Shown here piece by piece: positions 27,151 through 40,192 of a stretch of DNA of 64,000 nucleotides. The notes beneath the pieces were generated by a model, which was not told the origin of the DNA, searched no databases, and saw only the letters and a list, made by a program, of their open reading frames with translations. Within the stretch, counting starts at the first letter, position 1. Each line of letters begins with the position of its first letter. The translations under genes and the position numbers were made by a program. Where the stretch lies: the NCBI RefSeq assembly GCF_006345805.1, contig NC_042997.1:195300001-195364000 (forward strand). Reading direction: 5' to 3'. This stretch comes from Octopus sinensis (Eukaryota).

Positions 27151-27777
27151 ATAATAATAATAATAATAATAATACTATATATATCATATAATATATTATC
27201 ATATAATATATAATAATATATTATTGTATAATATACATTATATAATGTACTGAAGAGTACATTGAGTTGCATAATAGTGGTTTTATATCTAATTTATATA
27301 GATATATATATATATATAAAAATAGTGAAAAGGTTAGATAAAAATTTTTTTCCACATGATGAATTGTAGTGAAAAATATAAGAAGTAAACTGTAAAGAAA
27401 TTTTATGTTGGACAAAATATATATGTTATGAAATAAAATATTTACATAATCAACCGGTTTTGCTTGTGCTAATCATGACTAAGAAGTTAGTGATAATGCT
27501 ACAATTTCATACTATCATAAGAAGTTTCCATTCCATATTAGTAGGAGGAAATATTGTATTACAAGTTAAGGCATACATCTGGTAGGAATGTTACCAACAG
27601 TTTCGTTTTGGATATTGCCATCTCTTCAGAATTTCAACATCCTGATTAGTTATATAGCATAACCTGTAATATATTATTTAATAATGTAAAAATGTACTCC
27701 ATTACTTATATTGAGAGCTTTCGTTTCTGATAAATATATATATATCGAAAACTGGGGGAGTGGCTGCATGACTTTAT

Positions 27778-28095
27778 AAAAATCAGAAGTCAGAAAGTGG
27801 GCAACCACTGGCACTCTCTCTGAGGAGATATCAATCTGCAGTGGAGTCCCTCAAGAAACTGTACTGGGACCACTACTGTTTGTGGTGGCTCTCTCAAACA
27901 TGCCCTCAGCTGTACATTCAACCACTCTCATTGGCTACGCTGATGATACAAAAGTATCACAGGCAGTCAAGGACCCTGTCAACATATTATGACTACAAAA
28001 TGACCTGCATGTAATATAGAAATGGGCAGATGAAAATTACATGCAATTCAATGCTGAGAAGTTTCAAGCACTCCACTATCAGCCCACAAACAGAC
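27778..28095 (+). mobile_element. CR1/L2-like LINE reverse transcriptase fragment
   Basis: SGVPQETVLGPLLF...YADDTKV...LQNDL...WADENYMQFNAEKF with in-frame stops. Confidence 0.9.
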
Positions 28096-28109
28096 TACAA
28101 TTGAAATAT

Positions 28110-28245
28110 TCACGACCAGTAGGTAGTGAAATTCTCTAAATAGCAATCAATAACACAGTAATTTCCCTTTGTATAACGGTCATTTTTCACATAGCGTTTT
28201 TCCGATGGCCGGATAACTGAAGAGATGGTGGTGTGGATTTCTACC
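28110..28245 (+). mobile_element. Truncated copy of the 48.7-kb hammerhead-bearing family
   Basis: tttttccgatggccggataactgaagagatgg shared with 48807-48840; CUGAAGA at 28217-28223; 3' half replaced by mariner sequence. Confidence 0.8.
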
Positions 28246-28249
28246 TGGA

Positions 28250-28490
28250 AAGTGAGTGTACGATTAACAGTGCAAGATGCAGTGCTTTGCTGGCCAACAA
28301 ATTTAGGCCAGCAATTTGCACCAAACATCAAAGCCTATTATTGAAGAAAGTTTTGATGTTGCATGACAATACATGCCCACACATGGCCACCCAGACCATT
28401 GAAACCACTAACCAGTTGGGTTTTGAGGTTCTGGAACATCCTGCCTACAGCCCAGATCTCACCCCTTCCGACTATCATATCATATCAACG
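28250..28490 (+). mobile_element. Mariner transposase fragment
   Basis: LHDNTCPH...LGFEVLEHPAYSPDLTPSDYH. Confidence 0.92.
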
Positions 28491-28869
28491 ACCTCATAAA
28501 CCATCTTAGTGTGTCTGTGTTTGTCTCCCCAACTTCGCTTGACAACCGATGCTAGTGTGTTTACGTCCCTGTAACTTAGTGGTTCGGCAAAAGAGACCGA
28601 TAGAATAAATACTAGGCTTACAAAGAATAAGTCCTGGGGTTGATTTGCTCGACTAAAGGTGGTGTTCCAGCGTGGCCACAGTCAAATGACTGAAACAAGT
28701 AAAAGTGTATATCTTATCTCTTTGCTTTACCTTCCCTTCTCTCTCTATCTCTCACTCTTCCTCATCTCTCTCTCAGCCGCTTGTCTTCCTCTATCTCTCT
28801 CTCTCTCACTCCTCCTCATCTTTGTCACTGCTAGCCTAAACTACTTCCTTTTACACGCGGCTTTCAAAC

Positions 28870-29372
28870 TGTAAAGACACACATTTGTGTTCCCATGCGC
28901 TGCCAGAATCTCCTTCGTCTAAGCCAGAAAAAGGCCTTTTCGTTTGTTTTTCTTGTTTATTTTTATTTCTCGTATTGTATTTTCTTGTACATGTATTTTT
29001 ATCTTGTATTTTATTTTGTAGTTTTATTCGTATCGTTTTTACGTCCTGTTTGTGCTACATTTTTTTCTTGCTTGTTTTTACCCCTCTGCGAGGTAATTTT
29101 ATTTTAATTCTCTCGCAGGAAGGACTAGTTTGGCGAGTCGTGTCCTGTCTTGCCTTCGAAACACGCTAGAGTCGAACTAGTGACAGCTGATGATAGGGGA
29201 TTTTTCCTTGCGTAGTATGTCCTGTACTCTGTTTTTCTGTTGTAAAAAAATGGTTTTTCCATTTTCGTTTCTCGTTGAGTTCTACGTCTCTGTTTTTCTG
29301 TTGTAAAAAAATGGTTTTTCCGTTTTCGTTTCACGTTGAGTTCTACGTCTAGTTGTGGTGTCCTGTACTCAC
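28870..29372. repeat. Unclassified repeat with a 61-bp tandem duplication (29227-29350)
   Basis: ctctgtttttctgttgtaaaaaaatggtttttcc...gagttctacgtct occurs twice; tgtcctgtactc flanks the duplication. Confidence 0.7.
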
Positions 29373-30330
29373 GTATATATATTTATATATGCATGTATAT
29401 ATACATGTAGATGTAGGTACGTACATATATGTTTGTATGTATGCATATATTTTATTTATTACACTATATATATATATATATATAAAATGGCAATCCTATA
29501 TATATACAGGGTGTTCAAAAGTCTCTCAGCAGTAAGTATTTTATTGCAAAATAAATATTTAAAAGATGGTATAAGACTACAAAAGAATATATTAGACTTT
29601 ACAAGACTTTAAAAAACTTTATAAGAGGTGTTGAAAGTGTCATCCTTCATTTTCAATAAATAAGTTGACTTTTCTATACATGTTTTGAAATACATCTTGG
29701 ATGTAAAAAATTCTCTGCAGAGCAACTTTCTGAACAACCTGTGTCAATAAATCACTATTGTTTCTGAAAATTGTTTTATATATATATACATACATACATG
29801 CATATATGGATGCCAGGTTCGCCTGACTGGCTCCCATGCCAGTGGCACATAAAATGCAACATCTGAACTTGGCCGATACCAGTAGCCTCTGACTGGCTCC
29901 TGTGTCGGTGGCATGTAAAAAGCACTATCCAAATGTGATCAATGCCAGGCCCACCTGGCTGGCTCCTGTGCCGGAGTGGTTAGCGTTAGAAAGGGCATCT
30001 AGCTGTAGAAACATTGCCAGATTAGATAGGACCCAGGTCAGCTGCTGGCTCTCCAGACCTCAGTCAAACCGTCCAACCCATGCCAGCATGGAAAACAGAC
30101 ATATGATGATGATGAGATATATATATCGTCAATGTATCATATATCCAAAAAAGAAGCACACTCTAAAGTAGAGCTAACCAACCCGAGGCCCACAGACTTT
30201 TATCTTGTGGCCCGCTTGATACTTTCTGGAAATATGTTTAATTTCAAAATAAAATAGTTCGTGTAAAACATTTGTTTCAAAATAAATTTAAAATTTACAA
30301 GTGGCAATACAATTTCATAATTTTAAACAT

Positions 30331-30716
30331 AGGAGTGGCTGTGTGGTAAGTAGCTTGCTTATGAACCACATGGTTCCGGGTTCAGTCCCACTGCGTGGCA
30401 CCTTGGGTCTTCTACTATAGCCTCTGGCCGACCAAAGCCTTGTGAGTGGATTTGGTAGACGGAAACTGAAAGAAGCCCGTCATATATAGGTATATATATG
30501 TATGTGTGTGTATATGCTTGTGTGTTTGTCCTCCCAACATCGCTTGACAACTGATGCTGGTGTGTTTGAGTCCTCATAGCTTAGCGGTTTGGCAAAAGCG
30601 ACCGATAGAATAAGTACTAGGCTTACAAAGAATAAGTCCTGGGGTTGATTTGCTCAACTAAAGGTGGTGCTCCAGCATGGCCACAGTCACATGGCTGAAA
30701 CAAGTGAAAGAGTAAA
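30331..30716 (+). mobile_element. CORE-type SINE, full length, nested in a probable hAT-type MITE (~30168-30858)
   Basis: Same architecture as 13189; flanking ends tagagctaaccaacc / ggtcaggcctgctct. Confidence 0.85.
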
Positions 30717-31370
30717 CGAAAATTAAGAAACATTCTCAATTCGATTCTGTAATTTGATTATTTGACTATTAATGTACAAAGTATATAAGCGGCCCTCAAA
30801 AATCTTTGTGATTGAAGTGGCCCGTAATGTAATTCAAGTTGGTCAGGCCTGCTCTCAAGCAAAGAGCATTAATGTATTTATATAAGACACCTGTGCCAGT
30901 GACACGTAAAAAGCACTGTCCGAATGTGGCAGTTGCTAGTGCCGCCTGACTGGCATCTGTGTCGGTGACACGTAAAAGCACCAACCGATTGTGGCCGTTT
31001 GCCAGCCTGCTCTGGCCCCTGTGCTGGTGGCACGTAAAAAACACCCACTACACTCACGGAGTAGTTGGCGTTAGGAAGGGCATCCAGCCGTAGAAACACT
31101 GCCAAATCAGACTAGAGCCTGGTGCAGCCTCCATGGCTTACCAGACCCCGGTCGAACCGTCCAACCCATGCTAGCATGAAAAATGGACGTTAAATGAAAT
31201 GATGATGATGTAATGGTTTCACATCCATAGGGCTAGGCCCTTTATGGATGCGAAACCATTGGTTACTCTATGACTGGACACAGATTTCACTGCACACACA
31301 CACACACAGACACGATGGGCTTCTTTCAGTATCCATTTACCTATTCCACTCACAAAGCTTTTTGGCCTTG

Positions 31371-31780
31371 GGATCTTTTCGGTTTGAACGGCAGTTTGTA
31401 ACATAATTTCTAGGTAACTAAAAAATTTTAAGCTTCGTATACTTGTAGAATGTGTTTATTAAACATCTTTTTCTCTTGGCTTTATTGAGAAAATTCTATA
31501 GTTTGTAAAGATATTTGTTGTTTTTTCTTCAATTTCTGCAATTTCAACCAATCACTGACGTCTTTTGAGTTAAAAAACATTCTGTACCGTATGAATATGT
31601 CCCTCGTTTAAGAAACAGATTGGGTTTATTTACATTTGTGAAGAAAAAAAAGATACCCTTCGCCCACCCCTAACCCTACAATAGATTGAAATGCAATAGA
31701 TCGATACTAGGGTCATAATTATGGGTGACAATTTCATATGACACCGCTAGAAAAAACTGCCGCTCAAACCGAAAAGATCT
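31371..31780 (-). mobile_element. GGATC-TIR MITE copy B, inverted relative to copy A
   Basis: TIRs ggatcttttcggtttgaacggcag / ctgccgctcaaaccgaaaagatc; no TSD visible. Confidence 0.85.
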
Positions 31781-32137
31781 CTGTAGACGATATTTGTCCA
31801 CGGTGTCACGCAGTAGGACTTCTTAACCCGAAACTATGTGAATGGAAAGCAAATTTTTCAACTACACACGCACACACAATAAAACTTGTACATTCTGGTT
31901 ATGTTTTCTGAAGCATTTCAGATATAATCATATTTAATATTTTGAAATGAGGTTTTTTAGTACACTTATTTTAACTGAGAGATTAAAAATAAATAAAATA
32001 AGGTGTGGTTACGATGTGCCACAGTTAAACACAAATGTTTAATCATAATTTTGTTATACTTATGCATCCACAACTTTGTTACCTCAGAACTTCCAGAAAA
32101 ATGAACATTTTTTAATGAAATTTTCTAGAGATATCTA

Positions 32138-32514
32138 GGTGTAGGAGTGGCTGTGTGATAAGTAGTTTGCTTACCAACCACATGGTTCCGGGTTCAGTCC
32201 CACTGCGTGGCACCTTGGGCAAGTGTCTTCAAGGCTGACCAAAGCCTTGTGAGTGGATTTGGTAGACGGAAACTGAAAGAAGCCCGTCGTATATATGTAT
32301 ATATATGTGTGTGTGTGTTTGTCCCCCCAACATCGCTTGAGGACTCATGGTGGTGTGTTTACGTCCCAGTAACTCAGCGGTTTGGCAAAAAGAGACCGAT
32401 AGAATAAGTACTAGGCTTACAAAGAATAAGTCCAGGGGTTGATTTGCTCGACTAAAGGCGGTGCACCAGCATGGCCACAGTCAAATGACTGAAACAAGTG
32501 AAAGAGTAAAGAGT
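32138..32514 (+). mobile_element. CORE-type SINE, near full length
   Basis: Matches the 13189 family. Confidence 0.9.
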
Positions 32515-34091
32515 ATATGCTTCAGAGGAGCTTCGGAAAAATTCAGCAGTAGGTTTTCTTTCCTCATAACTTAAAAAAAAAAATGGGTAATTTTATATTA
32601 AAAGTTTCTACAACTATCTTCCGGACTGTATACATTACAATTATATCGGGATTTAATGCGAAAACGAAAAACAAAAAAAGTTTCGGGGGCTCAAACACAT
32701 CACACATATCTACAAAATGAAATTTGAAATTTCGGTAAAAAAAAAAAATAGTGTAATGTGTGCGAGCCACCAAATTTTTTTTTTTTTTCCATATTAAATT
32801 CCGATATGATCATAATGTGCACGCTCTGAAAGGTATTTGTAGAAAATTTCATTAAAAAATACCCATTATTCTGAAAGATAATAAGGATTTTCCGAAACTC
32901 CTCAGAAAAAAAAAAAATCACATTAAATTCCGATATAATCGAAATCTGCACTGTCTGAAGCATATTTGTAGAAAATTTCAATAAAAAATATCCATTTTTC
33001 TGCAAGTTATGAGGAAATAAAACCAAAGTCGGAGGAGCACACTCGTGTAGGTATGTCGCAATTTTAACGAATCGATGAAAATATAAGCATTGGTTAACTA
33101 GAGCTATATATATGAAATATTTCCAAATAATTATTATAAGATAATATAATAGAAAGTGAACGAAATCAAGATTAAATTTGATAATGAAAGTTTTGAAAAT
33201 AACAATAGTTAAAAATATTAACTCGAGAAAGTTGTTAAGATAGAAAAAAGTAATAGTTAAGGCAGAAAAAAGTATTGTTAATATACAAAGTGAATTTTTG
33301 AGGTGATTAAATGGTAGAAAATAGAATAATATTGTGTAGGTAGGTATAATTAATAATAAATAAATTTTGAGTGCAAGATCACATACCAAGAAGGGTTACA
33401 ACGACACGTACTTCCCGGTGGAGACTATTCTTTTATTTTTGTTTTGACACTGAACTGGTTTCCTTTCTCAGAAGACTTGTCAAAGGTATGTTATTTGTGG
33501 ATATATAGAAAACATGACTGAACTTAATTTTAACACAAGTGATGTTGGGGGGGTGACAGCTGTCAGTTGTCCTAAACAACAACCCAAAGCTACTTACTTA
33601 CTTGGACGATGTGCTCTATACGAAGTAAGAGTGGACGTGTGTCACTAGTTTGTTTTACTCATTTAACGATATATATATAGGTATATATGTACGTCTATGG
33701 TGCGTTAACCAAAGCGCAAATTGTTAATAAGGCAGGAAAATAAAAATTAATTATTTCGTTGTAAATTCTAACAAGATAATTTTCTAGTGTTTAATTTTTT
33801 TCTTTCTCTCTATTTCCAACATAATATTACTTTATATAGATTTAGTGTTTAGTCACTGTGTGTCTCTTATACTGGACTACTAACATAAATCCACTTGTAG
33901 GTTTAAGAATATACCAGCACTATACAACTTTTAAGTGTTTAATAGTCGTCAGACTAACTATTATGTCTATTTCCTTCACAACGTTTACCTTAAATACTTC
34001 GACACATGAGTAGGGTTCCGGGTTCCTGTAGGTGGTCGTTCGATCTGCTAAAAGTAGCAGTTAACTCACCATTAAATTACACTCTGATGTC

Positions 34092-34307
34092 TTAACCCTT
34101 TCGTTACTGTATTTATTTTAAGATGTTCTGTGTTTCTCTCAATTATTTTAAATATAACAAAGAATTTTGTAAAATAACTTCGTTATCATTAAGCTAGTGT
34201 TAGGAACATAAATTGTGACTTAAGTTTGGTGGAAGATTTTAATTAAAAACTTATGAAAACAAGACATTTGTACTACAGAGCCAGAGCCGGGTTGGTAACA
34301 AAAGGTT
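34092..34307. mobile_element. piggyBac-like MITE
   Basis: TTAA+ccctttcgttac on the left and gtaacaaaaggtt on the right; right TTAA degenerate. Confidence 0.5.
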
Positions 34308-35070
34308 GTAGACCAAAATATACTACTGCTGAAAAAAAACAAAAACAAAAAACAGCCTCACCTCGCTCAAAAAAGGAAAACCCGATGTGGTCGTAGCTTA
34401 AAATGCCTAGATCCCAAGTTTACTGTCTCAGAGCTGTCTCAAGGCTTGCGTGCGTTTTTATAAATTAACCTGACTGAAAACAGGTTACAGTGAGAGGCTC
34501 GTTGCGGTTAACGCTCCATTTGATATGTATAAGTGCTTGGACAGGAAATATATTGAAAGAATGATTTAGAAGGAAAGCAGGTCTCCAGACAAGTGAATTG
34601 TCAAAACATTAACTAATAAGGTGTAGAATAGTTAAGAGTGATTAGGACAACAGGAAGATTGAATAAAAACCTTTCCCTCAGAATTTGAGACCTTATGCCA
34701 AAACAAGAAATTAATTAATGTTGTTGGTTTTCCTGTTATTTTTTTAATAATTGTTAACCAAACTACTTGGCTCTTTTTGTCTAGCCGTTTATCGTTTATT
34801 TGTTTTTGTCATTAGACTGTGAGGCGGCCATGCTGGGGCACTCCCTCAGACTTCGAGGTGGCCATGCTGGGGCACTCCTTCAGATTTCGAGGCGGCCATG
34901 CTGCGGCACCACCTCGGAGAAATTTTAGTCGAATGAATCGATCCCAGTACTTATTTTTCAAAGGCTAGCACTTATTCTATCGGTGTCTTTTTTCGAACCG
35001 CTGTGTAACGAGGACGTAAAGACACCAACATCGGTTGTCAAGTGGTGGTGGGGGACAACTGAGACACAAA

Positions 35071-35105
<35 letters not shown>

Positions 35106-35129
35106 ACACTCACACACGATGGGTTTTCC

Positions 35130-36010
35130 TTGCTCACCCTCTAGCGGTTTCTGGCAGCATACAGTGCGCTTCTAAGTGGCTTTCCTCCCTTCCACAAAAA
35201 GCGGAAAAGGATTCTGTCCAATTTGTTCAGCCACAAATCGGGGCAAGGCACCACGCTCAGATGGTAGGTGATTACTGATGCTATAAACATCTGCACCACC
35301 TCCGCCCTCCCTAGCAAGTATAACGCCCGCCCAGACCAGGTCTGGGTTAGAGCAGTCACCTTGCTGGCCACCTCACTCCAATTTTTCTCTATCTAGAGGT
35401 TTGGACAAACCCAGATTAAGAGCAGCTTAACAGGACCTTCCGTCCAACGCACCACGACATTATTGGACGCCATCGGCTTGCCCATCCAGGTGCCAAGTTG
35501 CAAACCTACTGACTTGTCCTTGTTAACCTTTACTCCTGCCACCGCCTCGTAACTTTTGATGGCCTCTTCCACCACTGAAAGCTGGCCCTCATCCGCCACG
35601 ATGATGGGGCTGTCATCCGCGTACGCCGTAGCTCCTCTTCCACACCATAGATCATGCGGCGCGCCCCCTAGTGTCTCCAGCTTCCGCAGCAATGACCCAA
35701 GAGCCAATACATACAAAAGCGGAGACAGGGGACACCCCTGACGTACTGAGCGCTCGATCTTGAATGGCTTCGAAAAGAAACCATTCACTTCCACGACAGA
35801 CTCGATGTCACTGTACAACGCAGTAATCCAACCGCGGAAGGTCGGGCCCAGGCCAGCTTTCTCGAGGACCGCCACCAAGTACCGATGGTCAACCGTTTCA
35901 AATGCTTTAGACGGGTCTAAATGTACCAGTGCCCCCCCCCCCACCAACTGCGCCAGGAAGTTTCCTCATCCTCTCCAAGGAGTAGCGTATAAGATGGAGA
36001 CTGTCGTGGA
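35130..36010 (-). mobile_element. L1/Tx1-clade LINE reverse transcriptase fragment
   Basis: LDPSKAFETVDH, SVRQGCPLSPLLYVLAL, AYADD, VNKDKS, LGRAEV..FRFLWKG; GC-rich; frameshift near 35390. Confidence 0.92.
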
Positions 36011-37725
36011 TCGACCCGCTCGAGATAGCGCACGTTTGCACTTCCTCTACATTTAGGTCCCCAGCATGACCGCAGTCTAATGATTGAAACAAGTAAAAGA
36101 TAAAAAAAAATATGCTGCTAAGAGAGAAGAAACGATACACACTGGGTTCATGTCGGCGAACTTGAATTGCCATCTAGGTTGAGTAAAAGCCACGAGAACG
36201 ACTCTTAAAAGCAACGAAATCAGAATGTGGCTAGCTTAGCTGCAGGTGGCCACAAACTGAGGTAAGAAGTGAGACGTGTTTAGTGACCCGGCTGGTCGCT
36301 ATACAATATGCCTGGGAATTAGAGAAGGACGTGGGAGAAAACAGTGTAGAGTAGAGTCGTCGCATCAAAAAGGTGAAGATAAACTTACTTGGAAATGGAT
36401 GCATGGCGTTCAATTAAATAATAATATAAAGAATCTCTCTCGTTGCTCACACGAGATCATCGTCCATCTTTCTTTTCCTCACATGACCATCTTTCTATGG
36501 AGCTATTTCTAGTAATTAAACCAGTGAAATGATTCGTTTATAATAGAAGAATGTTCTGGAGAACATGAGATAAATTCCATGATAGCTGAGATTCCGACTC
36601 AGTTTCCATTTTTGGTTGAAAGATCTACATTTCACAAATATTACTCTTGCCCTCGGAAAAGTATGAGCATTATAACTTCCCATTTGTCTTCAAGCTTTTC
36701 TAGCTAAGATAACGGAAACAACTCTTATAGTTATCCTTTCCTAAACATATAATGTCACTGACGCTGCTAAATTTGGATGAATACTTGGGAAGCTAAAATG
36801 TCGTTAGTTAAACTAGTTGAAATTCGTTACATGTGGCAAATTTCGAAATAAGCGTTGGAGGAATTAAAGGATAAGAAATTAAAATTTTCAGTAAAGTAGG
36901 AAAACGGAAAGCAATTTCAAAATGGGAATTTATATTGATTCAATAACATTCTCAGCAAAGTTTGAAAATCCAAATCGCCAAATTATTTCTGAGATATTCA
37001 CCCCCATCATTGTGTTAACTTTTGTTCAAAAGTTCGAGCTACAGTACTTAAAATAAAGGTGTGTGTGTGTGTGTTGTGTGTGTGTGTGGTGTGTGTGTGT
37101 CCGTGTGCATGTTTATTAATTTTTACAAGGAGAAGTTTGGCAGTGATTTCGAAGTTTCGGCTTGCTTACCTTTCGAAGTTACAGTCAACTTTTTCCTTCT
37201 AAAACATGGGTTCTACAACATGGTATTGAGAAATCTTTCAGTTCAATGCTAAACTGCTCTTCTATATAACTTTATATAAAAACAAGCGTTAATAAATATA
37301 TGTGTGTATTGTGTGTTTGTGTGTGTGTGTGTGTGTGTGTATTTATATATATTTTGTATGTATTACTGGTGACCATAGATGCATAAAGGTGTGTGTGTGT
37401 GTGTGGTTATCTTGTGTCTTTGATAAGCATGCGGAAGTTGAGTAATGTCTCTGAGTATATGTGTATGTGCGATTGTGTGTGTGTTTAATTAATCTGTCTA
37501 GGAAGGGTAGAGAATATAACCCTTGTTGCCTCACTCGACTGAATTGATTTCTCGTTTCATCTCTCGTTCAATGAAAGGAACGATTCAGTTGCCGCCATTT
37601 ATAATAAACCCTGCTGCTTTCAGTCTCATTGAATTTCTGTGCAGATAACTCAACCATTTTCACCTATGGACCTCTTTGGTTCCTATTTTGCTCTCCTGGG
37701 TCCCCATATTACAAAAATCCTATTA

Positions 37726-37960
37726 TCTTTCTATATATAAAGTTGAAGTTGTCTGTGTATGGCAGGCTTGGTAGCCTTCAACTAACACTATCTCCTCCGA
37801 GACCCTGCGGCACAAATTGACCAAAATTGAGAGTATGATACAAGAAGGCTTGCTCTTCCTTCCGTAGAAGAAAAAAAATTCAAATCGGACCATGTTAACA
37901 TCAAAATATATTTACATCAAAAAGGTGCTTTTTTTCTATGAAAATCCCTATTTTTTACGA
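37726..37960 (+). mobile_element. 3'-truncated copy of a non-autonomous Helitron
   Basis: a|TCTTTCTATATATAAAG start; near-identical to the first ~235 bp of 38074-38467. Confidence 0.8.
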
Positions 37961-38073
37961 TCGTTTTACTTCCTCAAGTACGGTAAATTCATAATGTTCT
38001 GATGATGCCCAAATAACGCCATGATATATTTAAAGTTGTGCCCCTTAGAGAAAAATGAAAATATGATCAGTCA

Positions 38074-38467
38074 TCTCTCTATATATAAAGCAAAAGTTGT
38101 CTGTGTATGGCAGGTTTGGTAGCCTTCAACTAACACTATCTCCTCCGAGACCCTGCGGCGCAAGTTGACCAAAATTAAGAGTATGATAGACGAAGGCTTG
38201 CTCTTCCTTTCGTAGAAGAAAAAATTCAAATCGGACCATGTTAATGCCAAAAATTATTTACATCAAAAAGGTGCTTTTTTTTCTATGAAAATCCCTATTT
38301 TTTACGGTTTTTTTGACTGCTGTGTCGCCATTTTTCGGTGTATTTCAACCAGAAAAACGTTCACTTAAAGAGAATAACAAGCTACATCATACAAAATTTT
38401 TACTTTTCAAAAATTCCAATTCTAAAGGGTCGAAACTAACCCGAGCAACGCCGGGCGATACTGCTAG
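38074..38467 (+). mobile_element. Non-autonomous Helitron, complete
   Basis: 5' TC after A; subterminal hairpin cccgagcaacgccggg; CTAG 3' end followed by T; no TSD. Confidence 0.88.
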
Positions 38468-38727
38468 TATTTTTATAATTATATTTAAAAAATTGTTAAA
38501 ATATTTTGTGCATTTTTGAAGTATAACCAATTTATTGCAAATAAATTTTAACAACAAAATCTTATATGGACCGGAACCCCAGGGTGATATGAACCCTGGT
38601 TGAAGATCACTGAGCTAAACGGACAAGATCAGTGAAAAGTGATGGTATACAGACCAATGGTTTTCAGCTGACAAACTACCAATTTGCCCAACATATCCCT
38701 TAACCTCTGTTAAATAAAACAGTATCT

Positions 38728-38942
38728 ATTTCTTTATTGCCCATAAGGGGACAAACAAGGACAGACAAACGGATTAAGTCGATTAGATCGACCCCAGTGC
38801 GTAACTGGTGCTTTATTTATCGACCCCGAAAGGATGAAAGGCAAAGTCGACCTCAGCGGAATGTGAACTCAGAACGTAATGGCAGGCGAAATATCGCTAA
38901 GCATTTCGCCCGGCGCGCTAACGTTTCTGCCAGCTCGCCGCC
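38728..38942 (-). mobile_element. Meta-domain SINE with TSD
   Basis: Reverse complement of the 22507 family; ctgttaaataaaacagtatc flanks both ends. Confidence 0.9.
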
Positions 38943-40192
38943 TGTTAAATAAAACAGTATCGTGAAAAAGCTTTGGATTACAACTTTCGTTGCTAAAGAT
39001 TGTTTTAACATTGATAAATGCTTACAAATCTACCCGGTTTCTCAAATGGATTCATTTGACTGGAAATCTGAACGAGTAATTCCATAAAGTTCTCTACTTT
39101 TAATAATTATTCCACACGATATGTTTATTATTTGGTATTCTTAAACAAGTGTCACCCGTTCGACTTTGTTTCCTCACAACTTCCAGAAAAATGGATATCT
39201 TTCAATGAAAATTTCTACAAATACGCTTCTGATGGTGTAGATTACAATCATATCGGAATTTGATCTGAAATAGTAATAATAATAAAAATGCTGATGGTGG
39301 TGATGGTGTGTGTGTGTGTGGGGGGGGGGGGCACACATGCATTCTAACGCACGATGTATGTCATTGTCGATGCGTGCTCGCCCATCGTTTTTTAAATATT
39401 AAATTCCGATATAATCGTAATCACCATCGTATAAAAGATATTCAATTAAAATATTCGCATTTTATTGAAAGTTATGAGGAAACAAAGTCAACTTGCGTGA
39501 CTTATCCGAAACTCCATTCCCCACTGTCTTCGAAAAAAAATTTCACAACAAATTCCGATATAATCGGAACCTATATCACTTGGAGAGTATTTGTAGAAAA
39601 TTTCATTGAAAAGATATCCATTCTTCAGAAAGGTATGAGGAAACAAAGTCAGCATAGCGGAGTTGAGGGGCACTTGTGTAAATATGCGGCTGATATCTAC
39701 AGAAAAATCGTTAAAAACTTTGGTCTAAAAGGCTAAAAGATTTTCACTGTATTTAAAGCCAGCCACAAGATTGAACAATCCTACAACTTTTACCCTTTAT
39801 TTTTTAATTTCTATTTCCCAATTATTATCTCTACTGGTGTCACGCCCGACCACGGAAGTATAGCCTGAAAACTAGCAGGAAACGAAGGCTGTTCTAATTT
39901 CTAGAAAGACTTGCAGAGAGAGAGAGAAAAAAAAATTGGAGGGAGTGGGGCTTTACATTTGAAGGATTAAGTAATATTATTACTTCCGGCAGCAAGGAAA
40001 CAGAATTGAAAATGTGAATAATAGATATGTCAACGTCAGGGGAGTAGATAGTTGGTTTGAAACATTTTCCTGTGTATTTGCTGCTATAAGCATCCGCTGT
40101 AAGCCTATTTGTCATGTTATGTCACTCATGCGGGTGACTACGAAAAAGCTGCTTGGCTTAGTGTTTATAGTTAACGTTTTAGTTTAATTAAT

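Noticed and set aside
29150-29215. GAAAC...GUC...CUGAUGA as a type II hammerhead
   Set aside because: Stem I cannot form; the type I reading lacks GAAA. It may be a decayed relic but is not supportable.
32700-33389. 229-aa hydrophobic ORF
   Set aside because: F/I/L-rich composition from T-rich DNA overlapping a dispersed repeat also present near 39.2-39.6 kb; no motif.
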